Origin: Trichomonas gallinae | Taxonomy: Eukaryota | Assembly (NCBI GenBank): GCA_008369845.1 | Contig: MRSU01000164.1 | Coordinates: 1-33,208, forward strand | DNA: 33,208 nt | Direction of reading: 5' to 3' | Shown here: positions 30,565 through 33,208 of the stretch, piece after piece | Layout: every line of letters starts with the position of its first letter | How positions within the stretch are numbered: position 1 is the stretch's first letter | Program-made: the position numbers and the translations under genes | Notes under the pieces: model-generated | What the model saw: the letters and a program-made list of their open reading frames with translations, nothing else | The model's database searches: none | Told to the model about the DNA's origin: nothing

Positions 30565-31305
30565 AATATTTTCCCAAAAATACAACAAAATTAGCTTATA
30601 CTCGAGGAAATAAGAGAATTTCATATTCCAAATTGGTTTATTCATTGAGAAATTAATTCCAAAAAAAATTGTAACGCATATATATAAACATCATTTGAAA
30701 TATAGACTCGAGACATCTATTATAGCATATTTTACAAAGTAACAAAGAATTAATTCACGATTATAATATTCTCCATTATTTTTAGTTGCTTTTAACATAA
30801 TTTTATATGGTAAAAAGTGAAGATTTACTTGTGTATATTTGTTTTTTATATATAAAACACATTGTTCATGAGTTCCGAAAAATATTCGCAGATTCATGAA
30901 ATATTAAGGTTTGAAGATCGATTTATTTGATTATTTAAATGTGAAATCCAACGAAATAAACATATGTTGCTGGATTTCCTAGTCTTACTATAGCCGAATT
31001 TTACTCATTGATAACCTTATTCGAATGTTTTTGCCATACGTATGTGGTCGTTCTCTTTTTAACCCGAAGGAACAAAGGCCTGGGAGAAAACGCGTTGATA
31101 CGTGAAGTTTTCGTATTTTGAGACAGTTCCAAAAAATTATTTTTCTGATTTTATGGATGATCAAACGCGCAATGAATATATTTAATAGCTAATATTTCTG
31201 TAATAAGATTTCGATAACTTTTTGTATAAGATATAACTAAAATATTAAAAAATAAAAAGAGTGAAATATATAACGATAGAAAACGATAGTTTAAGTATTA
31301 ATAGA

Positions 31306-31716
31306 TTAAAGGAACATAAGTGGGTCAATCTCCAAGCCGGACATGAAGAAATTCATGCTGTTGAGATTACCAATTGTTGAGGTGGTCTCAGGCTTAACAA
31401 GCCGAGCCGGCTGTATGAGGTCTTGAAATGCTGATCCAAGAATGTCGTCTAGCAATTCAAGATCAAAAGGATTGCATAGTGAACAATCCAAGTCCTCTTT
31501 AACAGTAGTGATATTAGGGTTCGGGTTGGCCTTCTTGGACATCACAGGATCAATGCTCATATTGTTTTTCCCATCGACCACATGGTGAATTCGAATTGTA
31601 TTATCCTTCTTTATTAACTCACCTTTCTGGTTGAGCTGGTAGTATAATTCCTTGTCATTGGCCCTGTAAGTCACCCAGGAGGCTTTCTTGCGGAACGTTC
31701 TGCGGGTTTTTCCCAT
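31306..31716 (-). CDS. Hypothetical protein (~136 aa), basic N-terminus and acidic/hydrophobic C-terminus
   Basis: Coding-like composition. Inr TCACT (complement of 31727-31731) lies 11-15 nt upstream of ATG 31716, which favours MGKTRR over the track start at 31782. Confidence 0.65.
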   Translation of the reverse strand: MGKTRRTFRKKASWVTYRANDKELYYQLNQKGELIKKDNTIRIHHVVDGKNNMSIDPVMSKKANPNPNITTVKEDLDCSLCNPFDLELLDDILGSAFQDLIQPARLVKPETTSTIGNLNSMNFFMSGLEIDPLMFL

Positions 31717-33208
31717 CACACTGGAAAGTGATGTTTTATATTCAAATTCAATTGGAAAGAGAAAACAAAATTTAAAAACCATAATATTTACCTTTATATA
31801 GGTGTTTTATTTTTTATAATAATTTATCCCCTCAATTTTTCAATACTAGTTTCTGACAGCCCATATTTTTAAAACTTTTAATTCCTGCTAAATAACTCAT
31901 GTAAATTGACATTCCTCTTATCAATTTTCATTTATTTTTTTGAATGATCATAACGTTTAGTGTTGAAATGAAATAGAACATTTTTTCTTATTTTGGGTCT
32001 ATGAGAGATATAAAAGATAACGATCGATACAACAAATGTGTTTTATTTCAAAAGTAATCTTTGAATAACGATTTACAGAAATTATTATTCTGAGCTTTTC
32101 GAAAAGTTATTTTCAACAGATAATCTGTCCATTTCCAAAATATTGATATAAAGTATTTCAAACCTTGTCACATTTATTGTCTGAAAATTGAATGAATTTT
32201 TTTTTCTCTTCAAAAAGCTTTCTGAAAGACCACTTCCTCTTTTATTGCTTTAATGACTGTATCTCTATAGATCTTTCAATACGGAAAATTGTGTATTATG
32301 GAATGTAAAGTCATGTTTATATTGTTTGATATAAATATTTTTTTGTATAAAATGATTTTTGGCGCCCATCTTTATCATCCCTGGGACTTCAAAGTCATAA
32401 ATCGAGTTTCGTTCCAAAAAGTATCGCACAAAAATTTACACATGACTTGAAAAAAATTATAAACGGGAAAAATTTGAAAAGAACATGTTTTATTTGTTGA
32501 TCGAATTGATGTTGTTTCAACATGCATCATATTCATTCAGCCTAAATTCGAATTATTGCGGAAGTAAAAATAAGATTTTCAGATATTGAATTCTATTATT
32601 GGGAAATCATCCTGTACATGCAATTTCTTAAATATTGTTAGAAAAACTTTAAATTAAAATTAATTTTTTTATCAAACATTATTGAAAATAATGTTATTCT
32701 CCAAATATTTATCCCAGTTTTTGTCGGAAGTTTTGAAAGGTTTACATTTAAATTTAAAGTCGGTTTGGTTCAGAAATTTTTTCGATTATTTTTATCGTGG
32801 GTTATGTTCTAAACAGGCATAGCATGCGATAATCAAAATATTTACTGACCAATCATGGGCAAAATATTCGTTCCTAAGATCCGAAAAACGAGAAGTGATT
32901 CAACTCGATTTTTTGCGAATTTCGAACTAATTTTGTGATAATTAGAATTGTTGATATGTGTCATTTATGAATATACTAATTAGAAAGGTCGAAAATTCCC
33001 AAAAACGGTTTTGACATTTTACGCATAGCTTGCTGCATATGATATAATATATCGAAATATCAGGAAGAGAAGGCCTAATTTTTGAGAACTTTCTCACTTT
33101 TCTGACAAGCCGAAAAAATATGGAAAAATTTGTAAATTTTTTTATAATGAAGTTTTTATTAAAATAGACAATATTAGAAGAATTTTAATTAATGGATTAC
33201 ATACTATA

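Noticed and set aside
693..31716. Possible alternative genetic code or programmed readthrough
   Set aside because: All genes translate full-length with the standard code, and TAA, TAG and TGA are each used as stops.

Overview
AT-rich eukaryotic DNA with intron-less ORFs, most consistent with a trichomonad (parabasalid). The evidence is a BspA-like TpLRR gene, a transmembrane adenylyl-cyclase-like gene, Inr-like TCA(T/C)T just upstream of several ATGs, GGCGGTTT and AAAGTGAC core-promoter motifs, and stop codons embedded in TAAA. I support eleven protein-coding genes: GH20 beta-hexosaminidase, MFS transporter, TM/PAS/cyclase-like protein, TTLL glutamylase-like protein, a 91-aa orphan, NPL4-like, TBC-domain protein, GCN5, PRP6, BspA-like LRR protein and a 136-aa hypothetical. 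I found no convincing rRNA, tRNA, CRISPR array or intact transposon. The most notable signals are non-coding: a TGACATGTAAA motif family lying in the sense orientation upstream of at least four genes, with two phased arrays (5709-6088, 25372-25450); a 101-bp-period triplicate upstream of GCN5; and a dispersed TTCTCAACGATATT element. Two genes look like pseudo-enzymes (cyclase, Rab-GAP), and a promoter-supported Ser/Tyr/Asn/Gln-rich microprotein gene sits alone in a ~6-kb gene-free stretch. All calls come from reading the sequence by eye; no database searches were run.
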